Source of the DNA: a virus
Taxonomy: Duplodnaviria > Caudoviricetes
Virus record (IMG/VR): IMGVR_UViG_3300025467_000059
Span: 1 to 28,592 of that record
Reading direction: 5' to 3' (one strand)
Length of the DNA stretch: 28,592 nt
The first letter of the stretch is position 1. Each line of letters starts with the position of its first letter. Position numbers and translations under genes: made by a program. Shown here piece after piece: positions 9,104 to 17,876 of this stretch. Below the pieces are notes generated by a model, which was not told the DNA's origin, ran no database searches, and saw nothing but the letters and a program-made list of their open reading frames with translations.

Positions 9104-10188
9104 TAGCGGGCCTCCAGTTCCTCGATCTTGGTGGAGAGTTCTTTAATGGCTTCGATCAGCAGTGGAATGAGTTTGTCGTACTGCACGCCAAGGAAACCAT
9201 CAGGCTTCTGCGCTACCGCTTCGGGTACGACTTTCTGCACCTGTTGAGCGATCACACCCACATCATGCTTACGTAGGAAGAACTTATCTTCGCCGCCATT
9301 ACGGCGCAGGAACTCATCGTTCCAGTTGAACTCTATTCCGTCGAGAGACTTAACCTTGTCTAGCGGGCTGGTGATCTTCTTCTGGTCGTTTTTGAGGCGT
9401 GAGTCTGAAGTGTAGTATGCGGTCACATTGCCCGTTGCTCGAACGTCGCCTGAAGAACCTGAGGCCGCGGTTCCTACACCCACGCTGGTCGTGGTGACAT
9501 TACCGCCTGAGACGACGTTGGTCGCATTGGTCGCGCTACTTGCGCTGCTAACACTTTGGCTTCCAATGTTAGATGAGGTGATGAAAGTTCCACCGCCAGA
9601 AGGATAGATGGCATATCCCGCGGTTCCCGAGATACTGATCCCCCAAGTGCCCGAGGCGCCTACACCCAAATTAGTGGGGGCATACGAATTGAAGTTGCTT
9701 GCATTGAGGACTGTGTACCCACCGCGCGTCAGCGTACCATCGACTTCAAGATTACCTGTGATCGTGCCGCCCGTAGTTGGCAGTGCGTCGCCTGATGCCG
9801 AGTAAAAGTTGGTCCCGTCTGAATAGACAATCGCAGCTAAACCGGGCATGACTGTATAAGAGTCGCCCAAAGCCGTCGTTTGAATATCCACATCCTGTGT
9901 GGAGTTGTTGGAGACGATATAAACTTTTGACGTTGTCGGGGCAAAAACTACACGCGGTGCGCTAGGCGTACCCGTTACGTTAATGATCATCTGCCTAGCT
10001 TGGTCAGACGCTCCGTTCAGAGAAATCAACGTGACGTTCGCTGCGGTGACATCCACCGATACAAGTCCCGCAATGGATTCCTCGATCAGCGTACCGATGT
10101 TGGTGTCGGTTGTGGTGCCCCACGTATTGGCCTGTTCACCGTTACCGATGAGCTCGAAACGCAGGTTGGAAGAATAAGTTGATGACAT
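9103..10188 (-). CDS. Tail fibre protein with C-terminal peptidase S74 intramolecular chaperone
   Basis: SDSRLKND...LDGIEFNW...DVGVIAQQVQKVVPEAV...V.YDKLIPLLIEAIKEL is the canonical S74 pattern; N-terminus MSSTYS.NL..ELI..GEQ..TWG. Confidence 0.9.
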   Translation of the reverse strand: MSSTYSSNLRFELIGNGEQANTWGTTTDTNIGTLIEESIAGLVSVDVTAANVTLISLNGASDQARQMIINVTGTPSAPRVVFAPTTSKVYIVSNNSTQDVDIQTTALGDSYTVMPGLAAIVYSDGTNFYSASGDALPTTGGTITGNLEVDGTLTRGGYTVLNASNFNSYAPTNLGVGASGTWGISISGTAGYAIYPSGGGTFITSSNIGSQSVSSASSATNATNVVSGGNVTTTSVGVGTAASGSSGDVRATGNVTAYYTSDSRLKNDQKKITSPLDKVKSLDGIEFNWNDEFLRRNGGEDKFFLRKHDVGVIAQQVQKVVPEAVAQKPDGFLGVQYDKLIPLLIEAIKELSTKIEELEAR

Positions 10189-10191
10189 CTG

Positions 10192-10629
10192 TTAATCCTC
10201 GCTCAAATAGAGCTTGCGTTCCGCTTCGCGGCGTCTGGTTAAACCCTTGTTAGGTTGTCCGTTAGTTTTGTTCCACATGAGGATGGCATTAGCTGCTCCC
10301 GCATGATCACCGATAATGTGTTTCCTAAGCGCTGTAGAGCCTTTGAGCGCTCCCATGCCGATATTGTACCCTAGAGATAACAAAGCATCGAATTGGTCCT
10401 GCGTCGTAGGCGCGCCGTCTAAAAAATCATTAAGCTGTTTCACTCTGATCTCAATGTCCTTATCGAAACGAGCATCGGCTTGGTCCTGCGTCCAATGTGT
10501 TCGCGCAGAAATATCGGGGCCTGTAGCGCCCCAGCCGCATGTCCAAATGCCTCGCTGATCCCGGTACGCGGTCAGCTTGCAGCTTTCAAAGCTCTTGATC
10601 AGATCTTCGCCCTTGCGTCCTATGTCCAT
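10192..10629 (-). CDS. Endolysin, GH24 (T4/P22-type) lysozyme
   Basis: Catalytic E15-x8-D24-x5-T30 (FESCKLTAYRDQRGIWTCGWG); QFDALLSLGYNIG; GLTRRREAE. Confidence 0.95.
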   Translation of the reverse strand: MDIGRKGEDLIKSFESCKLTAYRDQRGIWTCGWGATGPDISARTHWTQDQADARFDKDIEIRVKQLNDFLDGAPTTQDQFDALLSLGYNIGMGALKGSTALRKHIIGDHAGAANAILMWNKTNGQPNKGLTRRREAERKLYLSED

Positions 10630-10734
10630 CTAAGTTTCCGTCAATGTCATATCGGCACGATGCTCCCGCAATCAGTCCTTTGTCAAAGCTCAAGTAGATC
10701 AACTGCCCGGAGGGTGTGCAATTAAGGTAGTTCG

Positions 10735-10950
10735 TTACCGTAGCGCAGCCCGGCAAGCTACATAACCCCGCAATAACTGCTCCCCGCCAGCATCGTAGAC
10801 AATCTTGTCGCCTTGAATGTCGAGATAGGCTTTCTGCGGTACGGGCTTTATATCCAGCTTCGGACAGTTCTGCTCGGGCAGTTTCAGGTTCGGTGCTACA
10901 GGCGCGCTGACGCACCCAGAGAGGAGCAAAAAACCCAATAAGCGAATCAT
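10735..10950 (-). CDS. Small lipoprotein, candidate o-spanin
   Basis: Signal peptide with lipobox LSG-C13; Pro-rich mature region; lies in the lysis cluster with ATGA overlap. Confidence 0.65.
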   Translation of the reverse strand: MIRLLGFLLLSGCVSAPVAPNLKLPEQNCPKLDIKPVPQKAYLDIQGDKIVYDAGGEQLLRGYVACRAALR

Positions 10951-11192
10951 TCCCGGCCTTCCTTCAAAATCTCTTCCAAAGGTTTGGAACTATCTACCCC
11001 CTGAACGGCCTGCCCCTTGCTCCCCTTGATGAGATAGAGGTTGACGGAGATCGCAGTGACACATAGCCCCACCAGAATTTGCTTTGCCGTTCCTTCCGGC
11101 ATAGAGAGCACATAGGTCAGCACCGGGGCAAGTACCGCGAGGATGTTAGTCCCCGTGTCCGTAGAAAGATTAAGGTCGTCTTTCAGGCTCAT
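10947..11192 (-). CDS. Putative holin (two hydrophobic segments)
   Basis: ILAVLAPVLTYVL and ILVGLCVTAISVNLYLI, charged C-terminus; upstream of the lysozyme. Confidence 0.55.
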   Translation of the reverse strand: MSLKDDLNLSTDTGTNILAVLAPVLTYVLSMPEGTAKQILVGLCVTAISVNLYLIKGSKGQAVQGVDSSKPLEEILKEGRE

Positions 11193-11422
11193 GCTTTGGC
11201 CTTCAGATACTGTACCGCAGCTTCTACTGCGAAGTTGGCACCGGACTTGGTCAGGTTCAACCCGATGATTTCAAGTTCAGCAAGAACGCCCTGTTTCTTT
11301 TCAAGGCCGGAGATTTCTTTATCCGCCCAGCGCTCTACAGCAGCCAGCACGCGTTCAAAAACGTCGGAGCCAAGAATGAGATCAACAACCTGCTTGAGAA
11401 GAAAAAGTACGATTGGGTTCAT
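11189..11422 (-). CDS. Small lysis-cluster protein, resembles the C-terminal part of LL-H-type holins
   Basis: SGLEKK...AVEAAV pattern; overlap-coupled to the next gene. Confidence 0.5.
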   Translation of the reverse strand: MNPIVLFLLKQVVDLILGSDVFERVLAAVERWADKEISGLEKKQGVLAELEIIGLNLTKSGANFAVEAAVQYLKAKA

Positions 11423-11430
11423 GGTGTCAC

Positions 11431-12333
11431 CTATTGTTTGTCAAAAATGTTTACCCAATTTGGCGTCTGGGCATCGTCTACAGGAGTCCAATTCGCGGTC
11501 TGAGTATCATTGATCGCCTGCCAGTTTGCGTTCTGATGGTCGGGGATCTTAATCCAGCCGTGAAGTTCTAGGTGCGTATTGATCGCAAAGGCTTCATTCT
11601 CAGCAACAACAAACTGGGCTGTGATCGTCGGCGTGTCTAGCGCGTTGAAAACCTCATACTGATGGAACGTAAACCCTGAATTGGCCACGCTCGAATCCGC
11701 AAGGCTCGTATTCTCGTTGATGGTGAACAACACCACAACACCCGCTTGATAGGCATCGAGTGAAGCCAGCGCTTCCGTTACCGACCCTTTGAACTGCGCG
11801 GTGATAGTGATGGTGTCCGCGAGATTGATGCTCTCTGTTATGGACTGCGGGTACTGCGCCGTGATGGTCGGCGTGTCCTTGGAAGTAAACGCTTCCGTGA
11901 TACCAAAGTACAGCACACCTGTGAATGAGAAGGTGTCCGCCAGAGTGATGTTTTCCGTCTGCGATTGGTTGAATGCAGAAACCTGCGTGCTGGAGTCGGC
12001 AAGTGTGACGTTCTCGGTACGAGAAACGGGGAAAGCCGCGGACGCGGTTTGGGTATCCGTCAGAGTGACGGGCTCCGTTAAAGACTGCAGGAAAGCCGAG
12101 TTGACCGTCTCGATGTCAATCGTAGAGAAGACCGCATCCACGTTCCCGAAGTAGAAAACGTCCTGCTGCGCGTTGGTGTCGTTTACGGTGATGGTCTCAG
12201 TGACCGAGAGCGAAGCGGTCGAAGTCGCTACGTATGAATCTGCAAGCCCTATGTTCTCGTTGCGCGTGAGCGCGTAGAAGTTACCCGATTGACCAGCAAA
12301 CGGTGCTTGCGATATGGCGTAGCGACCAAACAT
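11431..12333 (-). CDS. Tail spike/fibre-like protein with 20-aa tandem repeats
   Basis: MFG..AISQAPFA N-terminus; about 12 repeats of xExxxxxDx...; C-terminal W..I.D.Q..NW triplet. Confidence 0.8.
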   Translation of the reverse strand: MFGRYAISQAPFAGQSGNFYALTRNENIGLADSYVATSTASLSVTETITVNDTNAQQDVFYFGNVDAVFSTIDIETVNSAFLQSLTEPVTLTDTQTASAAFPVSRTENVTLADSSTQVSAFNQSQTENITLADTFSFTGVLYFGITEAFTSKDTPTITAQYPQSITESINLADTITITAQFKGSVTEALASLDAYQAGVVVLFTINENTSLADSSVANSGFTFHQYEVFNALDTPTITAQFVVAENEAFAINTHLELHGWIKIPDHQNANWQAINDTQTANWTPVDDAQTPNWVNIFDKQ

Positions 12334-12669
12334 TTAGCCTGTCTTCCAAGGTAGAGGCGGCTGCACGACTACAGGATGCTCCTGTGTCTCAATCTGCGCG
12401 TTGATAGATGCGTACACAGTTTGAATGATATCAGGCCCCAGCGCGGCCTGCGTCCACGCTACAACTTCGGCTTCGGTGAGCTGGTTGTAGGGGATATAGT
12501 CCGGCTTGTTTGGATCAATGACGAAGGTTGCCGTGTTGGCCTCGGAGCCTGTATACGATCCATCCGTGCCTTGGCAGAGCCAATGGCTGGTCACCACATA
12601 ATTCATCAGACCGTCTACCTGCGGCACACAATCCATCGCGGTGATCGTCCAAGCGTAGATGTTGCTCAC
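12334..12669 (-). CDS. Conserved phage tail-associated hypothetical protein
   Basis: W.I..MD...VV...HW...FxPY.QLTE..V..W...PLPW pattern often seen next to fibre genes. Confidence 0.8.
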   Translation of the reverse strand: MSNIYAWTITAMDCVPQVDGLMNYVVTSHWLCQGTDGSYTGSEANTATFVIDPNKPDYIPYNQLTEAEVVAWTQAALGPDIIQTVYASINAQIETQEHPVVVQPPLPWKTG

Positions 12670-13034
12670 GGGGTTACTTCAACCCAAGAAGTGGTGGCCT
12701 CGTCCCATTTGTAGAGTTTGCCGTCAGCGGGATAAGGCACCGGGGATTCCCACAGCAGTGTAAGAGGACTCAGCACCCAGCTCGGATAGGGCTGCGGCGG
12801 GTAGAAAGCGTCAATGGACGCATCGTAATTGAACCCAATCCCCGCATAGTTACCACGCAGCGCTTCACCGCCATCCGGCTGCCCGTCAGGCCCATAGTGA
12901 ACATTGCCGCGAGTGTTGTATGAGGTCTGTATCCACTGCCCCGGAGAAGAGTCCACGAACGTATCGAAAAAACCCGCTTCAGCGACAATAACTTGGATAA
13001 CTTTGCCATCAAGGACTTTTGCGAAATGACTCAT
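12666..13034 (-). CDS. MSHFA-type tail fibre-associated protein
   Basis: MSHFAKV...VIVAE...WIQTSYN...LRGNYAGIG..YD...DAFYPPQPYPSW...Y.WDE...SW. Confidence 0.85.
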   Translation of the reverse strand: MSHFAKVLDGKVIQVIVAEAGFFDTFVDSSPGQWIQTSYNTRGNVHYGPDGQPDGGEALRGNYAGIGFNYDASIDAFYPPQPYPSWVLSPLTLLWESPVPYPADGKLYKWDEATTSWVEVTP

Positions 13035-14122
13035 GCTGTGTAACTCCCAGAGGAGGTGAATTTGATGATGGTGTTTGAGCCGGATGTTGTGATTGTTGGT
13101 GATCCCGTAGTTGTACCGGAATAAGCCGCTGTTGGAACAGAAAGAATCACCACTCCTGAACCACCATTTGCACCAGTGACATTACCCCTGCTTCCTCCGG
13201 CGCCCCCTCCAGTATTAACTGTTCCAGCAGTTCCTGTAGTCGACGTTGACGCATTGCCCCCGCCGCCAGAACCTCCAGTTCCTGCCGTGACAGAGCCACC
13301 ACCACCACCACCTCCAGCATAATAAACGGACGATCCCGTTATTGATGATGCAACGCCTATGCCGCCATTGCCACCAATGCCGTTATCGTTGCCGCTGTTG
13401 GAGCCAACTGCGCCAGCGCCACCACCTCCACCAGCCTGAAGAGAAGTCGTTGATTGTCCAGTACCTCCAGCAAATCCTTGTCCTGAAGTACCGGAGCCAC
13501 CAGCGGATAAATTCCCCCCTCCACCAGATCCACCATTAGCACCAGTTCGACTTTGCCGAGCTCCACCACCACCGCCTATGGCTGTAAGCGAGTTAAAAAC
13601 AGAGTTTCCTCCTGATCCACCCTGATCGACCCCTGTATTGCCGGCCCCTCCAGCCCCTACAGTGATTGAATAAACCGTTCCTACAGTGAGATTTGCTGTT
13701 CCAGATAATAGGCCACCAGCACCGCCACCGCCACCAGCAGAGTCAACAGTGATAAACGGATTTGCACCACCACCACCACCAGCGGCTATAAGATAAGAGG
13801 CTGAAACAATAGGCGCGGTTGAAGAAGCATACCAAGTAGCGCCGCTCCAAGTCTCGATAGTATTTTGCCCTGTGTTGTACCCCGTAGTTCCCGTAGCAGG
13901 GGACGCAGGTCTAGTCGCAGTAGTCCAAGTAGGCAACCCAAGCGGTACGCCAAAAGAAACAGCGGAGGATGAAGCCGTGATGACATCAGCAGTCGTAGCT
14001 CCAGCGTTACCGACACCCAAGCGCACCGTGCCGTCCGGGGATGCAGGCTGATAGAGGGTGAAATTGTTGGTGGCCGTTACGGATTGCCCTACTTGATGGG
14101 CGTTACTTTTAACTACCGACAT
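13031..14122 (-). CDS. Glycine-rich tail fibre/adhesin protein
   Basis: WTTATRP.SP..G..GYN linker, then YL.AAGGGGG, GGGGAGG, YYAGGGGGG, NTGGGAGG, GGSGVVIL motifs. Confidence 0.85.
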   Translation of the reverse strand: MSVVKSNAHQVGQSVTATNNFTLYQPASPDGTVRLGVGNAGATTADVITASSSAVSFGVPLGLPTWTTATRPASPATGTTGYNTGQNTIETWSGATWYASSTAPIVSASYLIAAGGGGGANPFITVDSAGGGGGAGGLLSGTANLTVGTVYSITVGAGGAGNTGVDQGGSGGNSVFNSLTAIGGGGGARQSRTGANGGSGGGGNLSAGGSGTSGQGFAGGTGQSTTSLQAGGGGGAGAVGSNSGNDNGIGGNGGIGVASSITGSSVYYAGGGGGGGSVTAGTGGSGGGGNASTSTTGTAGTVNTGGGAGGSRGNVTGANGGSGVVILSVPTAAYSGTTTGSPTITTSGSNTIIKFTSSGSYTA

Positions 14123-14130
14123 GGCTTTAC

Positions 14131-14358
14131 CTACGGAATGGTTTTAAGGAACGCATCTACTTCTTCCTGCGTCATCACATTCCCATCAGGGTCTTGGAGT
14201 TCGACGCCTTCGGAGACTTCTCGCTTGAAGGTTTGGAGATCGCTGTTGGCGGGGTCGAATGGAACTAGCCAAATCTTTCCGTCGTCCTCCACAAGCAACA
14301 CACCAGTCGCTGGCGCTGATTCAGTCGGAGAAGTATTTTTTTGTTGTTGGTATTTCAT
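14131..14358 (-). CDS. Small tail fibre-associated protein
   Basis: PFDPANSD.Q.F...GVELQD.DG motif following a fibre gene; ATGA overlap. Confidence 0.75.
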   Translation of the reverse strand: MKYQQQKNTSPTESAPATGVLLVEDDGKIWLVPFDPANSDLQTFKREVSEGVELQDPDGNVMTQEEVDAFLKTIP

Positions 14359-15551
14359 AGCTCACACGATGCTTGGTAAAAGATATAAGCTCGGGCATAC
14401 GGGTAGGTTGAGTAAGCAACTATGTTTAAGGTAGCAATAAATCCCCCGGAATAAGTGCTGACTATGCTGGCTCCAGATACGTTATCTAGGTATGTATACG
14501 TAACAGCTACTGTGGGTACAGCCCGTTTTGGCGTATGAAACTGGGCGCTATTATTACCTGCTGCGGTGTAACTACCTGCCGCCCAAATAGCGTTTACCCA
14601 AAACGGGATAACGTCTGATTCGTAATACCTCTGACACAACGCCAACTCAGTGCCGTAAAGACGGTTCTCAAACGGTGTAGCCGTAGCGCCTTTTTCTAGC
14701 TGGACTCCGGTGATGTAGAAGGTTGCGCCGTTGGTTCCGACTACAGATTGTGTTCCAGTGACACCGTAATATGTTCCAGCAGCCCAAGCATTTGCTGTGC
14801 CTCTATAATTTGACCCACAACCAATGTCAAAAACTAACAGAAGTCCAATGCCATTTGTAGTAAGCCAAGTACCAGAAGTGTCACCGGGAATAGTGATTGA
14901 AACAGTTGTCCACGTATTGGCGGAAGAAATCGTGTATGAAAACGGGTACGACCTGTTAAACGAACCGTTTGTTATTGCACCGCCAAATGTTCCTGTGAGA
15001 CTTGAATAAACTAAAAAGGATAAAGTAATGGATTTCGCGCTTGCGGTTCCCCATGACAAATCAGCGCAATTAAGTCCCTCTACTAATTGACCAAAATCAA
15101 AAAATTCTGATGCCGTAGCAGAATACGCAGATAGAGACGTAACACCTAAATATTTAGAAAACCCTGCTGGTGGGGTGACTGATCCTGCATTTTGCTGAAC
15201 AGAAATTTTAGATGCCTGTGATACAGCAAAACTCCAGCGATCAAGAATGTAAGTGCCGCCGGCACCCGGAGTAACCGCCGCCCCAGCATTCCGCTGGTCA
15301 ATCATCATCGCGCCGTTGATGATCTTGTTTCTATTGCCAGCAAGCTGCGTTGACGTTGGGCCTGATGTGGCTTCGATTGAATTTGCCCCCGCCGCTGTCA
15401 GCGTCTTGTTCGTCAGCGTCTGAGCTTGAGTATTCAGCGTAGCCGTGTCCGTTGCCGCAGGGATAGTGACCGTGACAGCAGAGGCCGTATCTGGCGTTGA
15501 GATCGTTACCGATCCGTTGCTGGGGGTGTTGAGCTTGATGTTGCCGGACAT
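14355..15551 (-). CDS. Tail fibre protein with putative carbohydrate-binding domain
   Basis: QTLTNKTLT repeat; RNKIINGAM.IDQRN; DRW; TFYITGVQLEKG..ATPFE.R.YG.ELALCQRYY conserved blocks. Confidence 0.8.
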   Translation of the reverse strand: MSGNIKLNTPSNGSVTISTPDTASAVTVTIPAATDTATLNTQAQTLTNKTLTAAGANSIEATSGPTSTQLAGNRNKIINGAMMIDQRNAGAAVTPGAGGTYILDRWSFAVSQASKISVQQNAGSVTPPAGFSKYLGVTSLSAYSATASEFFDFGQLVEGLNCADLSWGTASAKSITLSFLVYSSLTGTFGGAITNGSFNRSYPFSYTISSANTWTTVSITIPGDTSGTWLTTNGIGLLLVFDIGCGSNYRGTANAWAAGTYYGVTGTQSVVGTNGATFYITGVQLEKGATATPFENRLYGTELALCQRYYESDVIPFWVNAIWAAGSYTAAGNNSAQFHTPKRAVPTVAVTYTYLDNVSGASIVSTYSGGFIATLNIVAYSTYPYARAYIFYQASCEL

Positions 15552-15554
15552 GGG

Positions 15555-16169
15555 TTAGCCTTCGTAAAGAATGTTGACTGAGCCAGCGGTAAATGCACCG
15601 GAAGATACTGAAATTTGAATACGGTCTAGAGTACCAGAAAGAGCAATTTGTCCAGCAATTACAAAAGCAAATGGGATTGACGTGTTCCACACACTCCCAG
15701 CAGCAACCCATGTATTAGTGCTTGAATTTTGTAAAGTAAAAGTTATTGATCCCCATGAAGCCGCACTTGCCCCAAAAAGAATTCCATTGGTTGTATTTAC
15801 TATCGTAGCTCCAGATCCATATCCAGCATTGTACCCCGTACTTACATAGCTTCCAGAGCCTACCTGAATAAAAGGAGCCGCTCCACTAGAGACAACGCCA
15901 TTATTTTGTATAGTAATCCTCTTAACCCAACTTGGAATACCAGTAAACCCTACAGCCGTTCCTGATGTAGTGGCTTGAGCCGTACCAGAAGTGATTACAC
16001 CACCGTTAAAAGTAGTTACACCAAGCGTTGCTCCTGTAATTGCTGGGCTAGTTAAAGTCTTATTCGTCAGCGTCTGAGAGTCAGTCGTGCCCACACCAGA
16101 TCCAGCGACATTGTCCGTACCGCCAGCAGGATAGGTAACACCCGTAGTCCCGTTGATCGTAATCGTCAT
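15555..16169 (-). CDS. Short tail fibre-like protein (likely start MTITING at 16169)
   Basis: ATGA overlap with the upstream stop; QTLTNKT; FTGIPSWVKRIT...LSGTLDRI...GS.NILYE domain. Confidence 0.8.
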   Translation of the reverse strand: MTITINGTTGVTYPAGGTDNVAGSGVGTTDSQTLTNKTLTSPAITGATLGVTTFNGGVITSGTAQATTSGTAVGFTGIPSWVKRITIQNNGVVSSGAAPFIQVGSGSYVSTGYNAGYGSGATIVNTTNGILFGASAASWGSITFTLQNSSTNTWVAAGSVWNTSIPFAFVIAGQIALSGTLDRIQISVSSGAFTAGSVNILYEG

Positions 16170-16663
16170 ACCACCACCCAAACTGAGCCTGAACTGACCG
16201 TGACCGTAATCCCCGAAGCGACCGCGATGGGGCCGGGAGAGATGGCGTTATCCGTTGATGCGATTGTGTAGTTCGCCGTGACCGTCTGAGCGGTCACCAA
16301 CAGGCCATTAGAAGCCCGGATCTGCGGAGCCGTACCGTTAAGACTTGCATCCTGAATGACAGAGCGCGTAGCAGGATAGTCACACCAGACATTGATTGTG
16401 TTACCAGCGAAGCTAATCAGCGCGGTCGTATTGGAGGAATTGGAGAGGACCGTATCCCGCGATAGCGTCCCGGCGCCGACAGTGCCGAGTCCTACTTCCC
16501 AGACATTCGCAGTGGAATCGAAGATCGTGTAATAGGTGGTGTTCCCGTTACCGATTCCGGTGCTGAAGGTTTTGTACCCCGTGACCGCGCCCGACAGGGT
16601 AAGTGTTCCCGTACCCGCTGTTGTCGAACTTTCCTGCACACGGTCAGCAAGGACGAAAGCCAT
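16166..16663 (-). CDS. Tail fibre N-terminal/anchor-like protein
   Basis: MA.VLADRVQE..TT.GTGT.TL.GA..G...F...WEVG.GT; ends GPI....TVTV.SGS.WVVV. Confidence 0.85.
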   Translation of the reverse strand: MAFVLADRVQESSTTAGTGTLTLSGAVTGYKTFSTGIGNGNTTYYTIFDSTANVWEVGLGTVGAGTLSRDTVLSNSSNTTALISFAGNTINVWCDYPATRSVIQDASLNGTAPQIRASNGLLVTAQTVTANYTIASTDNAISPGPIAVASGITVTVSSGSVWVVV

Positions 16664-16666
16664 GGC

Positions 16667-17179
16667 CTATTCCTGAGAATGTATAAAAGTAAAATGCTCT
16701 GCTTCTGCCCTTTTCCTAGCAGCTATGGCATCTTTGATATCGAGGTAAGACCCAAAATACATGCTTCGCCCTTTATGTTTAAGTCGGACTATCCATCTAC
16801 TGTTCTTAGGGTTCCATATAACACCTTTGTACCCAGAGGTGTTGTTTTTTCCTACCGCCCTATTTTGGTTGTTATCGCTAGCGTTGTTATACGCTATCCG
16901 TAAATTGCAAACTCTGTTGTCCGCCCGATCTCTGTTTATGTGGTCTAGCTGACATCTAGGAAGTTCACCATAATACAAAAACCAGATTACCCTGTGGACC
17001 AAAACGGGCTTTCTGCCTACTCTAACCTCTCTATAACCCGATGTCGTTGTAGACCCCGCTTCCTGTCCCGCCTTTATAGCACCATTACACTTCGGCTCTT
17101 TCCAGTAAATTCTGCCTGTCTCTGGATCGTAGTCCCATAATTGCTGGGCATTTTCAACAATGATATGATCGTTCCGCAT
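16667..17179 (-). CDS. HNH homing endonuclease with C-terminal AP2-like DNA-binding domain
   Basis: YDPETG; HRVIW; DHINRDRADNRVCNLR (HNH); NNTSGYKGV...W.VR...YFGSY...A..AR..AE (AP2). ATG at 17179 lies 7 nt after GGAG, so it is preferred over TTG at 17185. More AT-rich than its neighbours. Confidence 0.92.
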   Translation of the reverse strand: MRNDHIIVENAQQLWDYDPETGRIYWKEPKCNGAIKAGQEAGSTTTSGYREVRVGRKPVLVHRVIWFLYYGELPRCQLDHINRDRADNRVCNLRIAYNNASDNNQNRAVGKNNTSGYKGVIWNPKNSRWIVRLKHKGRSMYFGSYLDIKDAIAARKRAEAEHFTFIHSQE

Positions 17180-17207
17180 CTTCAATCTCCCTAACAGATT
17201 GTTGGTG

Positions 17208-17246
17208 AAGCACTTCAGGGCGGTTCCAGCCGCCCTTGGTGCGCTT
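17208..17246 (-). promoter_or_regulatory. Extended stem-loop in the leader of the HNH-AP2 gene
   Basis: Minus strand AAGCGC-acca-AGGGCGG-ctggaa-CCGCCCT-gaa-GTGCTT; no U-tract follows. Confidence 0.5.
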
Positions 17247-17257
17247 AGTTTATCAGA

Positions 17258-17869
17258 TCAACTTGTCGCGCTAGTGCTGTACGTGCAACTGACGGTGTCT
17301 CCAGCGGTCGTAGTCTTAGCCACACTGAAATTGCCTTCGGAGTACAGAACGCCAGCCGTTGAGCTCTGAGTGTTCACAGCACCCGTACCCGTGACCAAGA
17401 AGCATCCGTAGACCGTACCGCCCGCGCCCGTGATGGTGTAGGTGATAGCCGTAGCCGTGGATGAAGTCACGTTGGAAGGCGTGGTGCCCGTAGAAGTAGC
17501 CGCAGCAAACACCGCCGTACCGCGAACCGCAGAGCCGCCCACCGTATAGTTGGTGAATTCAGCCGCATTGGTCGTAACCAGCGTGGCCATAGTATCTGTC
17601 GCTGCCGGGGTCAGGCTGACCTTAGTCAGACCCAAGAACGGGCCTACCGTGGTATACGTTCCCGAGGTGCGAAGCAACGTATTGAGCAGGAGTTCTTTAC
17701 CTGCGGCAACGACAAGATTAGGGAATTCTTCAGTCCACTTCAGGTTGCCATCCTTGTCTCGGCACTCAACGTGCCAAGAACCTTCGATGCCCATACCTTC
17801 GGGAATAACCGCGTTGGCCTGCATAGAGACTTCAGCGTGGTCACCAAAATTTGAAAGTTCGTTACTCAT
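17258..17869 (-). CDS. Virion structural (tail) protein
   Basis: 203 aa Thr/Ala-rich; VECRD.DG.LKW...NLV...G motif; GAGG RBS. Confidence 0.8.
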   Translation of the reverse strand: MSNELSNFGDHAEVSMQANAVIPEGMGIEGSWHVECRDKDGNLKWTEEFPNLVVAAGKELLLNTLLRTSGTYTTVGPFLGLTKVSLTPAATDTMATLVTTNAAEFTNYTVGGSAVRGTAVFAAATSTGTTPSNVTSSTATAITYTITGAGGTVYGCFLVTGTGAVNTQSSTAGVLYSEGNFSVAKTTTAGDTVSCTYSTSATS

Positions 17870-17876
17870 GTTAACC

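Noticed and set aside
8210-16663. Diversity-generating retroelement or invertible cassette acting on fibre genes
   Set aside because: No reverse transcriptase or recombinase in the window, and no long repeat pair differing at adenines was seen; only a 22-nt repeat.
17258-17310. Recoded 3' end of the 203-aa tail gene beside the HNH gene (AGY Ser and GGA codons)
   Set aside because: The same codons also occur earlier in the gene, so the shift is not convincing, unlike the capsid case.
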